This document shows positions 47,387-57,343 of a stretch of 64,000 bases of DNA, one piece after another. The notes beneath the pieces are model-generated. The model saw only the letters and a program-made list of their open reading frames with translations. It was not told the origin of the DNA and did not search any database. The stretch is from an uncultured Planctomycetia bacterium. Lineage in GTDB: Bacteria > Omnitrophota > Gorgyraeia > 2-02-FULL-51-18. The stretch is taken from the NCBI GenBank assembly GCA_964606485.1, contig CAZSGP010000001.1:289085-353084 (forward strand), read 5' to 3'. Made by a program: the position numbers and the translations under genes. Numbering within the stretch: position 1 is the first letter of the stretch; every line of letters begins with the position of its first letter.

Positions 47387-49155
47387 AAAACCTAAACGAA
47401 TTCTTAATGGACGGTCTCAAAAAATTCACCAAGGTCACCGAGGCGGATGTCCGAAAAGCCGTGGCACTTTATTCCAACAAAGAGAGCGGAAAAATCGGAG
47501 AGGCTCTCATTCAAATGGGGCTTGTCACTGAAAAGGATCTGCGGCTGCTTTTAAGTGTAGAATTAAAAATTACAACGGTAAGCCTTGCGGACAAAAAAAT
47601 AAGCTCTGAGATCGGAAAAATGGTGCCAGAGCGCTACGCGAAGCGGTATTTATTTGTCCCGCTTTCAAACGTGGGCAACACTCTAACGCTCGCGATGGTG
47701 GACCCGCTCAATATTTTTGCGCTCGACGACGTTTCGGTTCTTAAAAATAATCGCGTCGAGTGCGTGATGTGTTCGGAGGGAGATGTTCAGCTGGCGTTCG
47801 ACCGTATTTATGGACGCGTGAAGGATAAGCCTGTAACACCAGAGACGGGAGTAAAGCCTCTGACGGCTGCGGCTGCTGCGGCTAAAGTGGCCAATACGAT
47901 TGGGGATGTTCGCGTTCAGGACGAGACTGACTCCGGCATGTTCGCAGGGGAGACTAATCAGGCGCCAGTGGTTAAAATCGTGGACGCTATCCTGCAAGAG
48001 GCGTTGAGGCGTCGGGCAAGCGACATTCACATTGAGCCCTACGAAGAAAAAGTTCGGGTTCGCTTCCGTATCGACGGAGGACTGCAGGAAGCTCAGGGCG
48101 TTGAAGTTCCAAAGAAAAATCAAAACGCGGTTTTGACTCGTTTAAAGATCATGTCAAAGCTGGACATTACTGAAAACCGAATTCCACAGGACGGTCGTTT
48201 TAAAATTAAATTTCAACAAGACGGCAAAGAAAAGGAAATTGATTTTCGCGTATCAATCCTTCCGATTCACCACGGCAGTAAAGTGGTTATGCGTATTTTA
48301 GATAAAAGTGCTCTGAGTTTGGGACTGGATAATCTTGGATTTTTGCCTGAAACGTTGAATGCCTTTAAAGATGCCGTGGCAAAGCCCTTTGGAATGATAT
48401 TAATCACCGGCCCAACTGGAAGTGGAAAGTCCACCACACTTTACTCCATTTTAAATCAGCTCAACACGCCCGATAAAAATATTATCACCGTCGAAGAGCC
48501 GATCGAATACCAGGTTCGGGGGATTAGCCAGATTCAGGTGCGCCAGGAAATTGGTCTTGATTTTGCCAGCGGCCTTCGCGCTATTTTGCGTCAGAGCCCG
48601 GATGTGGTGATGGTGGGTGAAATCCGCGACGGAGAAACAGCCGACATCGCGATCAAAGCGTCGCTGACGGGACAAATTGTGCTCAGCACGCTTCACACCA
48701 ACGATGCGTCGGGTGCCGTCACCCGCTTGGCGGATATGGGCATCGAGCCCTTCTTAATCGCGTCCAGCGTAATTTTAGTCGCTGCACAACGCCTATGCCG
48801 AAAAGTTTGTTCACAATGCAAACAGCCGATTGATATTCCCAGAGAGGTGTTCGAGCGCATGGGTCTAAACCCCGATACAATGTTCCCGGATATCAAAGAA
48901 AAAAAATTCATGAAAGGCGTCGGATGCGAAAACTGCAGTTTTACCGGGTATCGCGGACGCATGGGGGTGCTTGAGACGCTGATGATTGACGACGAGCTCC
49001 GCGAACTCATCGTTAAACGCGCATCGTCTTATGAAATCAAAGATTATGCCGTCAAGCATGGCATGACAACCTTGAGAGAAGATGCGCTTAAAAAATTTTG
49101 TTTGGGTTCTACGACGCTCGACGAAGTGATTCGCATAACTGCAGAGGACGAATAA
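47383..49155 (+). CDS. PilB/GspE-family extension ATPase (paralogue 2)
   Basis: GPTGSGKSTT. C-terminal Cys4 (CSQCKQ...CENCSFTGYRGR). ATGA overlap with paralogue 1. Confidence 0.9.
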   Translation: MKNLNEFLMDGLKKFTKVTEADVRKAVALYSNKESGKIGEALIQMGLVTEKDLRLLLSVELKITTVSLADKKISSEIGKMVPERYAKRYLFVPLSNVGNTLTLAMVDPLNIFALDDVSVLKNNRVECVMCSEGDVQLAFDRIYGRVKDKPVTPETGVKPLTAAAAAAKVANTIGDVRVQDETDSGMFAGETNQAPVVKIVDAILQEALRRRASDIHIEPYEEKVRVRFRIDGGLQEAQGVEVPKKNQNAVLTRLKIMSKLDITENRIPQDGRFKIKFQQDGKEKEIDFRVSILPIHHGSKVVMRILDKSALSLGLDNLGFLPETLNAFKDAVAKPFGMILITGPTGSGKSTTLYSILNQLNTPDKNIITVEEPIEYQVRGISQIQVRQEIGLDFASGLRAILRQSPDVVMVGEIRDGETADIAIKASLTGQIVLSTLHTNDASGAVTRLADMGIEPFLIASSVILVAAQRLCRKVCSQCKQPIDIPREVFERMGLNPDTMFPDIKEKKFMKGVGCENCSFTGYRGRMGVLETLMIDDELRELIVKRASSYEIKDYAVKHGMTTLREDALKKFCLGSTTLDEVIRITAEDE

Positions 49156-49156
49156 C

Positions 49157-50368
49157 ATGCCAAATTATCGTTATGTTGCACGAGATAAAACCGGAAAAAG
49201 TATTACGGCCGTTATGGACGCTAATGATGAGAAAGCTGTCATCGATTTTGCCCGCCAACAAGGCTTGATTCTGACCTCCATCAAGATAGACGCTCAGGAA
49301 ACCAAGAAGGTTGCCAAGCCCAAAACCGGCAAAAAAATAAAATTAACCGATTTGGTTCTTTTTTCAAGACAGCTGGCAACCATGATTGATAGCGGTATCC
49401 CACTTTTGCAGGCGCTTGAAATTTTATCGGAACAATCTGAAAATCCCGCCTTTGTGAATATATTGAATATCGTTAAAAACGATGTGGCCACCGGAACTGC
49501 CTTTTACGAGGCGCTCGCAAAACATCCGGGCGCATTTACTCCTTTATTTGTGAACATGGTGAAAGCAGGGGAGTCGAGCGGCGCGCTCGATGACATTATG
49601 GAGCGCTTGGCATCCTATCTTGAAAAAACGGATGCACTCATCCGAAAAGTGAAATCCGCCATGACGTATCCGATCGTTGTATCGACCATGGCGCTTAGCA
49701 TTACACTGGTTATGTTGCTTAAAGTAGTGCCTGTGTTTAAGAGTATGTTCGCGGATTTCGGAGCCGCACTCCCGCTCCCGACACAAATCTTAGTCACCAT
49801 CAGCGATAATTTGATCAGCACTTTCTTTCTGTGGTTTTTTGGAGCCATAGCCGGATTTGTAATGTTGGGCAAGTACATCAAGACACCTAAGGGGAGATTA
49901 CGATTCGATCACTTTAAGCTCAACATGCCTGTTTTCGGAGTCATTATGCGAAAAGTTTCGGTGAGCAAGTTTTGCCGCACACTCGCAACACTCGTTAAGA
50001 GCGGCGTGCCGATTTTAGCCGCGCTTGAAATCGTTGGAAAAACCGCCGGAAATAAAGTGATTGAAAACGCCGTCGACAGCGTTAAGTCGAGCATCCGTGA
50101 AGGAGAAAATATCTCCGAGCCTCTTGCCAAATCAAAAGTATTTCCGCCCATGGTGGTGCGCATGATCGCGGTCGGTGAGCAGACCGGAGAACTTGAAAAA
50201 ATGTTGAGCAAGGTTTCTGATTTTTACGACGACCAGGTGGACGCCGCTATTTCAGGGATCACTAGTTTGATCGAGCCGCTCATTATTGCCTTCTTGGGTA
50301 TCGTGATCGGCGGTATCGTGATTTGTATGTTTCTCCCAATCTTTAAGATCGCGAACATGGTTAGCTAG
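49157..50368 (+). CDS. pilC: Type IV pilus / T2SS platform protein PilC/GspF
   Basis: 403 aa. Two GspF repeats. Polytopic. Confidence 0.9.
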   Translation: MPNYRYVARDKTGKSITAVMDANDEKAVIDFARQQGLILTSIKIDAQETKKVAKPKTGKKIKLTDLVLFSRQLATMIDSGIPLLQALEILSEQSENPAFVNILNIVKNDVATGTAFYEALAKHPGAFTPLFVNMVKAGESSGALDDIMERLASYLEKTDALIRKVKSAMTYPIVVSTMALSITLVMLLKVVPVFKSMFADFGAALPLPTQILVTISDNLISTFFLWFFGAIAGFVMLGKYIKTPKGRLRFDHFKLNMPVFGVIMRKVSVSKFCRTLATLVKSGVPILAALEIVGKTAGNKVIENAVDSVKSSIREGENISEPLAKSKVFPPMVVRMIAVGEQTGELEKMLSKVSDFYDDQVDAAISGITSLIEPLIIAFLGIVIGGIVICMFLPIFKIANMVS

Positions 50369-50370
50369 AT

Positions 50371-51849
50371 TTGAAAACACGCCCACACTTTTTTTATATC
50401 ACCTTTATTTGCCTTGCAGGGTTTCTTGCGTATTCCAGCATTTTAAGCGGCGCATTTTTATGGGATGACATTAATTTAGTCCGCGACAATATCTTGATCC
50501 GCAGTTTTAAAAACCTCCCTCTCATTTTTTCTCACAACATCGGCGAGGGTTCCGCCGTGAGCTATATTTTTTACCGCCCCATGCAAGTCTTTAGTTATAT
50601 GTTGGATTTTTCGTGGTGGGGACTGAATCCGGATGGGTACCATTTGACGAACATCGTATGGCATCTTCTGGCTGCGAGTCTTGTTTATTTTGCTGCCTTT
50701 GAAATACTCAAAGATAAAACCGCTTCTTTTTTGACGGCACTTTTATTTGCGCTTCATCCGGTTCACACGGAGGCGGTGGCTTATATTTCAGGGCGCGCCG
50801 ATTCTCTTGCCCTTGTTTTTTTGCTGGCGGCTTTTTTAGGTTACCTGAAATCACTGGAATCTCGCAGGATTGGCATCCAAATAGCGTCAATAGCATTTTT
50901 TTTAATGGCCATTCTTTCAAAGGAAAGTGCGCTTATTTTTCCGGTGCTTATTTTTTTGCATCACCGCGTTTTTAAAACAAAATTTCCAGGACTCCTCTTT
51001 TGGTTATCGGTAGGGATCACCCTAGCCTACGGAGCGCTCCGGCTGACGCTCTTAAGGAGCTTCATGATTTTTGAGTCCGGACACGGAAATATTTTTGAAA
51101 GAATACCCGGATTTTTCGCGTCATATTTGAACTATCTCAAACTGCTCGTGTGGCCGTCGCCCTTGCACATGGAATATGGTTTTACGATTTACAAATGGTC
51201 CGATCCATTTGTCTGGGGCGGCGCTGTGGCGATGACCATTCTTTTACTAGTCATGGTTCAATTGTGGAGGCGAGGGGAACGCGCCATTTTTTTTGGGTGC
51301 GCCTGGTTTCTCGTTGCACTAATCCCTGTATCCAATTTATTTTTACTAAACGCCTCAATGGCGGAGCACTGGCTTTATGTTCCGTCGATTGGAGTTTTTC
51401 TAGCGTTGTCTGAGTGGACAGCACCTCTCTTCAAAAAGTCAAAATTAAAGGAATTGGCGGTGATCAGTGTTGCCGCAATTTTAGCAGGCTATGGACTCGC
51501 CACATTTGAACAGTCCAAAACATGGAAAGACCCGGTTATTTTTTACGAAAGAACGCTAGATTATGCCCCCAATAGTCTTGCCGTGAATGTAAATTTAGGG
51601 CTCGCACTTTATGAGAGAGGTGAAATTTCAAAAGCGTATCTTGTTTTTAAAAAAGCGGTGGAGCTTGGGCCGAATCAGTATTTCCCGTACTTTGGTCTGG
51701 GGTTGTGCGCAAATTCCTTGGGTAAACACCCGGAGGCGATAGCTGCCTACAACCGTTGCCTGGAGCTAAAGCCAGACTTGGTTCAGGCGCATAATAATTT
51801 ATCGGAAATTTATTACCCTAAAACTTTAAAAGGGGGAAGAGGTGAATAG
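50371..51849 (+). CDS. TMTC/PMT-like GT-C fold glycosyltransferase homologue (DUF1736-type) with C-terminal TPR repeats
   Basis: N-terminal FLWDDINLVRDN (acidic loop-1 motif) and GYHLTNIVWHLL resemble TMTC O-mannosyltransferases. Polytopic. C-terminal TPRs. Overlaps the pilin start. Confidence 0.65.
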   Translation: MKTRPHFFYITFICLAGFLAYSSILSGAFLWDDINLVRDNILIRSFKNLPLIFSHNIGEGSAVSYIFYRPMQVFSYMLDFSWWGLNPDGYHLTNIVWHLLAASLVYFAAFEILKDKTASFLTALLFALHPVHTEAVAYISGRADSLALVFLLAAFLGYLKSLESRRIGIQIASIAFFLMAILSKESALIFPVLIFLHHRVFKTKFPGLLFWLSVGITLAYGALRLTLLRSFMIFESGHGNIFERIPGFFASYLNYLKLLVWPSPLHMEYGFTIYKWSDPFVWGGAVAMTILLLVMVQLWRRGERAIFFGCAWFLVALIPVSNLFLLNASMAEHWLYVPSIGVFLALSEWTAPLFKKSKLKELAVISVAAILAGYGLATFEQSKTWKDPVIFYERTLDYAPNSLAVNVNLGLALYERGEISKAYLVFKKAVELGPNQYFPYFGLGLCANSLGKHPEAIAAYNRCLELKPDLVQAHNNLSEIYYPKTLKGGRGE

Positions 51850-52213
51850 AAGTTTAAGCGAGGCCGGATTTACACTCGTCGAAATTATGATCGTCGTAGC
51901 TATTATTGGATTGCTGGCTGCTATAGCGGTCCCTAACTTTGTCAGAGCCAGAGAATCCGCTCGCAGTAGCGCCTGCGTGAATAACTTGCGCCTAATTGAT
52001 GCGTCCAAAGAGCAGTATGCTTTGGAAAATAACATCGCGCATGGCGGGGCTACCACCTCTGATAGCCTGACGCCCTATCTGAAAAATAATGCATTTCCGC
52101 AGTGTCCGGCTACAAGTTCTACGTACGCCACGAATGCTGTGGGGACCTATCCTAGTTGCGACCTGTCAGGAGCCTCTTCCGGGCAAACCCCGCTGAGCCA
52201 TCGACTCAATTAA
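51842..52213 (+). CDS. Type IV pilin / pseudopilin (prepilin N-terminal methylation motif)
   Basis: Leader MNRSLSEAG followed by FTLVEIMIVVAIIGLLAAIAVPNF. Ser/Thr-rich C-terminal third. Confidence 0.8.
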   Translation: MNRSLSEAGFTLVEIMIVVAIIGLLAAIAVPNFVRARESARSSACVNNLRLIDASKEQYALENNIAHGGATTSDSLTPYLKNNAFPQCPATSSTYATNAVGTYPSCDLSGASSGQTPLSHRLN

Positions 52214-52334
52214 GTTCAGCTTGTTAATAGTGTAAATATATAAGTCTATAATGTTGATATTATTGATAACTATGTTATATTATAGTATATAAATAGTAAT
52301 TAATGATAAATTTAAAGCTAATTTTTCCTTAACT
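52214..52334. promoter_or_regulatory. AT-rich tract (>80% AT) separating the pilin gene from the downstream block. It contains TTGATA / TATATA-like promoter elements.
   Basis: Composition is sharply different from the flanking ~50% GC coding sequence. Confidence 0.3.
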
Positions 52335-53555
52335 GTGCAGTTGGTGCCGATGAGAAACTCATATCATTTATACGCTCCGGGAGATCAGTTTCAGATTGAT
52401 ATTAAATATCTCTCGGCCGGCGGTGAGCAGGCGAGTGAGAGTAAGGTTGTCAATGTGGCGGATGTGAGAGGCGGGGGTTTTTTTGGAAAAGTGCTGATCC
52501 TTCGGGGTGAGGGCTTTGTGATTAAAACAACTCAGCCCGATCCGTGGCAGCATTTTTGGAGAATTGTGAATTGGGATTTTAAGCCATTTCCAGCCCAGCA
52601 GGATGAATTATCCGCTCAGATCGAACACCTATCCACTCAGATCATTCACCTGACTCTCCCCATTGTTTCTGGGGGAAAGTTTTATAGTCCTCGGTCCATT
52701 GGCTACACGCTTTTAGCGAATGGATTCGCTCAAGTGATAGAGAAAATGAGCGGTCGAGGACCTCGTTTTGACAAGGCGGGCAATGAGTATGAGTTATTTC
52801 GCCAGGCGCAGTCGGAGCTCGCCACAATTGCTCTGAGTCTTGGATTGGAGGCTGTTGGACAAATTCATCCGGACAACCCTTTTAGTATGGCGAACCTGTG
52901 GTTAGACGAGAGCCGGAATCGCTTTGTCTGGCTGGATACAAACGCGGCAATTCGTCATACCGGTTGGGTGAAACCAATATTTTATTTCAAATTTCATAAG
53001 CGTATTCGAAATGAGTTTGGGGGTAAAGAGCTTACGTTTAATAAGATTCATGCTGACCGATTTCGCGCAACGCTTAAGCGGAAGCAAGGCGAATTTGATG
53101 AAAAAATTTACGCGATGATTATGAATTATTTAGATTTGTACGAACGTTTATGGAATAGACGAAAGGTTCGGCATGAAAATCAATCCTTTGATGTGGAGAA
53201 TGTCTTTCTTGTGCTGAGGCAGCTAGCCCTAAACATAGTCCCGGGTATTGTGCATGCGTTACGGAAGACGCTGATGTGTCCCATGCAGTTGGTGTTTAAG
53301 AGCCGGTTCGGTCATCAGCTACGACTTCAGTCCGCATTGCAGGCTTTGCAGTGTGGATTGCTATCGCAGGATGAATATTGCCAGGCTATAGATGGTGATC
53401 GAACGCTGCTTCGGCACTGTGTTATCCGAAAATTTATTCGTGATCTCTCTAAAATTAGTCCAGCCGGAGGTGTGGGGTCCCAGTTGGATGCGCAGCTTTG
53501 GCTCAAGTTAGGAAGTCGGATAGAGAAGATATTGGAAAGCCGGCAATGCGCTTAA
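52335..53555 (+). CDS. Atypical kinase-fold protein (eukaryotic-like kinase / APH / Kdo-kinase type)
   Basis: Gly-rich loop plus Lys (GGGFFGKVLILRGEGFVIK). Brenner-type catalytic motif HPDNPFSMANLW. WLDTN (DFG-like). GTG start at 52335 or ATG at 52350. Confidence 0.45.
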   Translation: MQLVPMRNSYHLYAPGDQFQIDIKYLSAGGEQASESKVVNVADVRGGGFFGKVLILRGEGFVIKTTQPDPWQHFWRIVNWDFKPFPAQQDELSAQIEHLSTQIIHLTLPIVSGGKFYSPRSIGYTLLANGFAQVIEKMSGRGPRFDKAGNEYELFRQAQSELATIALSLGLEAVGQIHPDNPFSMANLWLDESRNRFVWLDTNAAIRHTGWVKPIFYFKFHKRIRNEFGGKELTFNKIHADRFRATLKRKQGEFDEKIYAMIMNYLDLYERLWNRRKVRHENQSFDVENVFLVLRQLALNIVPGIVHALRKTLMCPMQLVFKSRFGHQLRLQSALQALQCGLLSQDEYCQAIDGDRTLLRHCVIRKFIRDLSKISPAGGVGSQLDAQLWLKLGSRIEKILESRQCA

Positions 53556-56500
53556 TAGAGAAGGAGGGGCAAGGGAGAAATTTTGTGAGACTTTGCGTTA
53601 AGCTTCTTTTGATTTTTGATGTGATTCTTTGCTTGCTGCACCAGCTATTTCCGCATTATCAATGGGGTCAGGGCAGGAGCTCCTATTTCACTCTCTCAAG
53701 TGCAATGACACTGAGTTCTTGGTTTATCAGTATGCAGTTAATCGGGATATCGATCTTCTCATTGCTAACTCTTCTTAAGAGGTGGGACTGGGGGCGACGG
53801 GGTACTTTTCAATGGGTTTGGTTTTTATTGGTATCGGCCGCGTTATCCGTGGCGGAGTTTACGCGATTTCATATCAAAATGAACTTTCTCAATCCCCTTG
53901 ATTCAAACATCTTTCATTCGATTGGAGTCTATCTGCTTGGGGGTATGTTTTTAGGTGTAAGCGGCACACTCATCTGGATGACGCCTGGAGCCTCGTTGCG
54001 GACGAAAATCTTGAGCTTTGGGTGGCTTCTATCGTGGTTGGGCGCAGGCTTATTAACACTGGGTAGCGCATGGGCGCCCGCTGATTGGATGGGCGCGGTT
54101 GCCTATTTATTTGGCACTACGTTGTGGCTAGCGGTAGCTTCAGAACTCTATTTTCAAGAACCAAGTCAGGAGCATCGTGCCGATAACGCCAAAGAAGCTC
54201 CTCCTGTTTCAATTGGCTCAACATGGCTGCTGCTGGGAGTTGCGGGAAGCTCATTTACGATGATTTTTTTACAAGTACTACACTTTCAAATTTTGACCGT
54301 TGCGGTGGATACCCTGGCCGCGCACTCTGTGCTTCCGCTCGCACTCATTGGAATTGCCGTGGGAGGAATTCTGGGGTTGAGAATATCGAGAATGGATTCG
54401 GCGGGGCAATTGAGCGTCGGACTTGCGGCGCTACTGCCAATTTCAATTTGTGCTAGTTTTGCTGTGGCGTCAAATGAGCCCTCACATTTAGCGCTTGGTT
54501 TGGCGCTACTTTTTATTCCGTTTATGATTTGCGGCGCACTCATCACATTAGGTCTCGTATGGTTGCAACCGAGCGTTGTGTATTGTGTGGATTTATTGGG
54601 AGCGGCGCTAGGCGCTTTTTGTCTTCCCTTTTGTTTGGCTTATTTTCAAGAGGAGGGTAGTCTTTGGTTTTTAGCGGCAATCGCTTGCTTGGTAGCCGTT
54701 TGTTTTGCAAAGGCTTATCGAATGTTCGGCCGCCGATTCTCCGTAATCCCCTATCTGGCGCTCGCTGGGTTTATGGCGTTCACGGCAATGGCTTATACGC
54801 AAAAACAGGGGCAGGGGCTGAATATCGTAGCCCCTAAAATCCAGGCGAGCTTTCCCGGCTCAGAAATCATTTTTTCAAAGTCATCTTTTGTAGGGCGGGT
54901 TGATTTGGTACGACGAAGCCGTAAAAGCGATTTGCTAAAGGCCTATGAGAACGGTTTTACCATTGATACGATTCGCAAAAATATCCCTGAGCAGTATCAA
55001 ATCGATCCGCGGATACCCAGCCGGCTGGCAACGAACCCAAAAATTCTTATTCTAGGTCTTGCTGGAGATGGGGTTACTAAAACGGCCAAACAACTGAGCA
55101 ACTCCGTCACGGGAGTAGAGATAAACCCTGCCATGGTTGCTTTACAGAAGAGTGAAGCCTCTGAATTTAACGCAAACAGTTACCAGGGCATCGATGTCAA
55201 GGTTATGGATGCCCGCAGCTTTCTTCAAACTAGTTCCGAACAATATGACGTCCTTACTCTATTAAACGCGCACACTGCTCGCGGCCGGGCGCATTATAGC
55301 GGGGTCAGTGCTGAGTATCTCCATACCAAAGAGGCGGTGCGAGAGTATTGGGATCATATGACTCCAAGAGGATTTCTAAGCATTGAGGAGCCCGCTGATC
55401 GCCCATCAAAGGAGCCTGGCATCTGGAAGTTTCTGGTAACCATGCGGGGCGCTCTGTTGGATGCGGGAGCACAGAACCCTGAAAATCATTTTTTTGTTTT
55501 TCAATGGAAGACAAAATCAAATAATTACATCCAGATCATCCTAAAGAAGTCTCCCTTTACGCAAGAGCAAATCTCCGATTTAAAAAAATGGCTCGATGAG
55601 ATTGATCGGTTGCGAGAAATAGAGAAAATCCAGCAGAGGCGTCTAGGACCCATAGACTGCAAAACAACTTTGCTTTACTCGCCCGGGGAGAATGTTCAAA
55701 CCACCTATGCCAACCTGATTCGCGGAACTGCTAACCCGCAATTGCACAAACAGCGCAACCTAGTTCCGGCGACTGATGACCGGCCATTTTTGTTTAACAC
55801 CGATCCTCGGCAGGGGGCTTTGTACAGTGTTTATCTGCGAACGCTTCTATTGGTTTTACTTCTGGGAGCTTGGTTGATAGGGTTGATGAGAAAACAAAAT
55901 GCCAAGTCATTTGAAGTTCTATCAGTGCTGTGCATGGCATCGTTAACAGGCGTTGGGTATTTATTGGTAGAGCTTGTCTTGATGCAGCGGTATCAAATTT
56001 TTTTAGGGTCTCCCGTCACGGTGTTTTGCGTGGTTTTAGGATCTATGCTGGTATTCTCAGGTTTAGGCAGTTTGTGGGGTGCCCGCCACGGTTTGAGGGC
56101 TATGGTGTTTTCAATTATTGGCGTGGTGGTGAATTTATGGATGCACCAGCAGTTTGCCCCCATTTTTTTGGATAAATTTTCCAATCAAGCATTGATCATA
56201 AAGTGCTTTATTACCATAGCGAGTTTAGCCCCGTTATCATTTTTTATGGGAGTTCCATTTCCTTACCTTATCCAGAATATTAAAGAGCGTTTAAACGCCT
56301 CATTTGCCGGGGCGGCGGTTGCCGCAAATGCAGGGGCAAGTGCGCTTGGTGTCCCCCTAGCATTGATGCTTTCGATGAAACTAGGTTTTAACGGTGCATT
56401 TGCCTGCGCTATGCTTATTTATGGTGCGGTTGCCGTTTCGTTTTTTTGGATGAACCGGAATAGGTTTGCTATAGCAGGATTTTTTTCTTTGACGATTCTC

Positions 56501-57343
56501 GCGGTAACGTTGGCCAGCCCAACCTTGATTAATTTGTGTTCCGGTGATTTGAAAGACAAAAATAATGGATACCAGGTTTATGGAATTCGTTACGGACGAT
56601 CACTCATGGCTGAACGACAGCTGATTCGCGGGGGGGATAAAAATAAGAAGGTTTCTTTGGATTGGAGATTTTGGCTCGTTCAGGGGTCTGGTAAAAATAT
56701 ACTGGTTGATACGGGTTTTGAAAATCCATCTTTGGCGCGCCAGAAGCATTTTTCAAAGTATGTTCGCCCATCAAAAAAACTTTCCGATCTTGGAATAGAG
56801 CCTTCTGAAATTACGGATGTGATTTTGACTCATGCGCATTGGGATCACGCGGGCGGTGTGCGGATGTACCCGAATGCCGTTATCTGGATGCAGAGCCGAG
56901 AGTGGGAGCATATGCTCCAGCTAAAAGTGAGCAATCAAAAAAAGGTTAAGGGTATGCGATACAAGGATTTCGAGGCGCTAGAACAAGCTTATGAGCAAGG
57001 CCGTTTACGATTGTTGAGCGGAGATGCGGATGTAGCTAGCGGCATTCGTGTTGAACTGGGTGGCGGACACACGCCCGGGTCTCAGGCGGTGATCGTCAAG
57101 GGCTTGGAAGGCAATTTTATTATCGCGGGGGACACCACTTATCTTTATCGAAACAGCCAATGGCATCAACCGATTGGGGGCGGTGCGGATTCCGAAGAAA
57201 ATTTACGAATGATTCGGCGTTTTCACGCAGACTCAGCGTCCCCTTACTATATTTTACCCGGACACGATCCATTGATTGGCCGGTGTTTTCCGGAGGTTGC
57301 CAAAGGAATTGTTGAGATCACCTCCGCGGCGGAGCGTCGATGA
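53546..57343 (+). CDS. Giant polytopic membrane protein fusing a spermidine-synthase-like domain and a C-terminal MBL-fold (lactonase-like) domain
   Basis: About 440 aa of transmembrane helices. PABS-like region ILILGLAGDG...VTGVEINPAMVAL...DVKVMDARSFL...YDVLTLL. A second transmembrane block. C-terminal HAHWDHAGG (HxHxDH, AiiA-like). The start could instead be the track's 53498. Confidence 0.7.
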   Translation: MRLIEKEGQGRNFVRLCVKLLLIFDVILCLLHQLFPHYQWGQGRSSYFTLSSAMTLSSWFISMQLIGISIFSLLTLLKRWDWGRRGTFQWVWFLLVSAALSVAEFTRFHIKMNFLNPLDSNIFHSIGVYLLGGMFLGVSGTLIWMTPGASLRTKILSFGWLLSWLGAGLLTLGSAWAPADWMGAVAYLFGTTLWLAVASELYFQEPSQEHRADNAKEAPPVSIGSTWLLLGVAGSSFTMIFLQVLHFQILTVAVDTLAAHSVLPLALIGIAVGGILGLRISRMDSAGQLSVGLAALLPISICASFAVASNEPSHLALGLALLFIPFMICGALITLGLVWLQPSVVYCVDLLGAALGAFCLPFCLAYFQEEGSLWFLAAIACLVAVCFAKAYRMFGRRFSVIPYLALAGFMAFTAMAYTQKQGQGLNIVAPKIQASFPGSEIIFSKSSFVGRVDLVRRSRKSDLLKAYENGFTIDTIRKNIPEQYQIDPRIPSRLATNPKILILGLAGDGVTKTAKQLSNSVTGVEINPAMVALQKSEASEFNANSYQGIDVKVMDARSFLQTSSEQYDVLTLLNAHTARGRAHYSGVSAEYLHTKEAVREYWDHMTPRGFLSIEEPADRPSKEPGIWKFLVTMRGALLDAGAQNPENHFFVFQWKTKSNNYIQIILKKSPFTQEQISDLKKWLDEIDRLREIEKIQQRRLGPIDCKTTLLYSPGENVQTTYANLIRGTANPQLHKQRNLVPATDDRPFLFNTDPRQGALYSVYLRTLLLVLLLGAWLIGLMRKQNAKSFEVLSVLCMASLTGVGYLLVELVLMQRYQIFLGSPVTVFCVVLGSMLVFSGLGSLWGARHGLRAMVFSIIGVVVNLWMHQQFAPIFLDKFSNQALIIKCFITIASLAPLSFFMGVPFPYLIQNIKERLNASFAGAAVAANAGASALGVPLALMLSMKLGFNGAFACAMLIYGAVAVSFFWMNRNRFAIAGFFSLTILAVTLASPTLINLCSGDLKDKNNGYQVYGIRYGRSLMAERQLIRGGDKNKKVSLDWRFWLVQGSGKNILVDTGFENPSLARQKHFSKYVRPSKKLSDLGIEPSEITDVILTHAHWDHAGGVRMYPNAVIWMQSREWEHMLQLKVSNQKKVKGMRYKDFEALEQAYEQGRLRLLSGDADVASGIRVELGGGHTPGSQAVIVKGLEGNFIIAGDTTYLYRNSQWHQPIGGGADSEENLRMIRRFHADSASPYYILPGHDPLIGRCFPEVAKGIVEITSAAERR

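Noticed and set aside
53546-57343. Possibility that the 1266-aa fusion is a frameshift or assembly chimera of two or three genes
   Set aside because: The frame is continuous with no stops and the domain junctions fall in hydrophobic transmembrane stretches. I kept it as one gene but flagged it for read-level verification.
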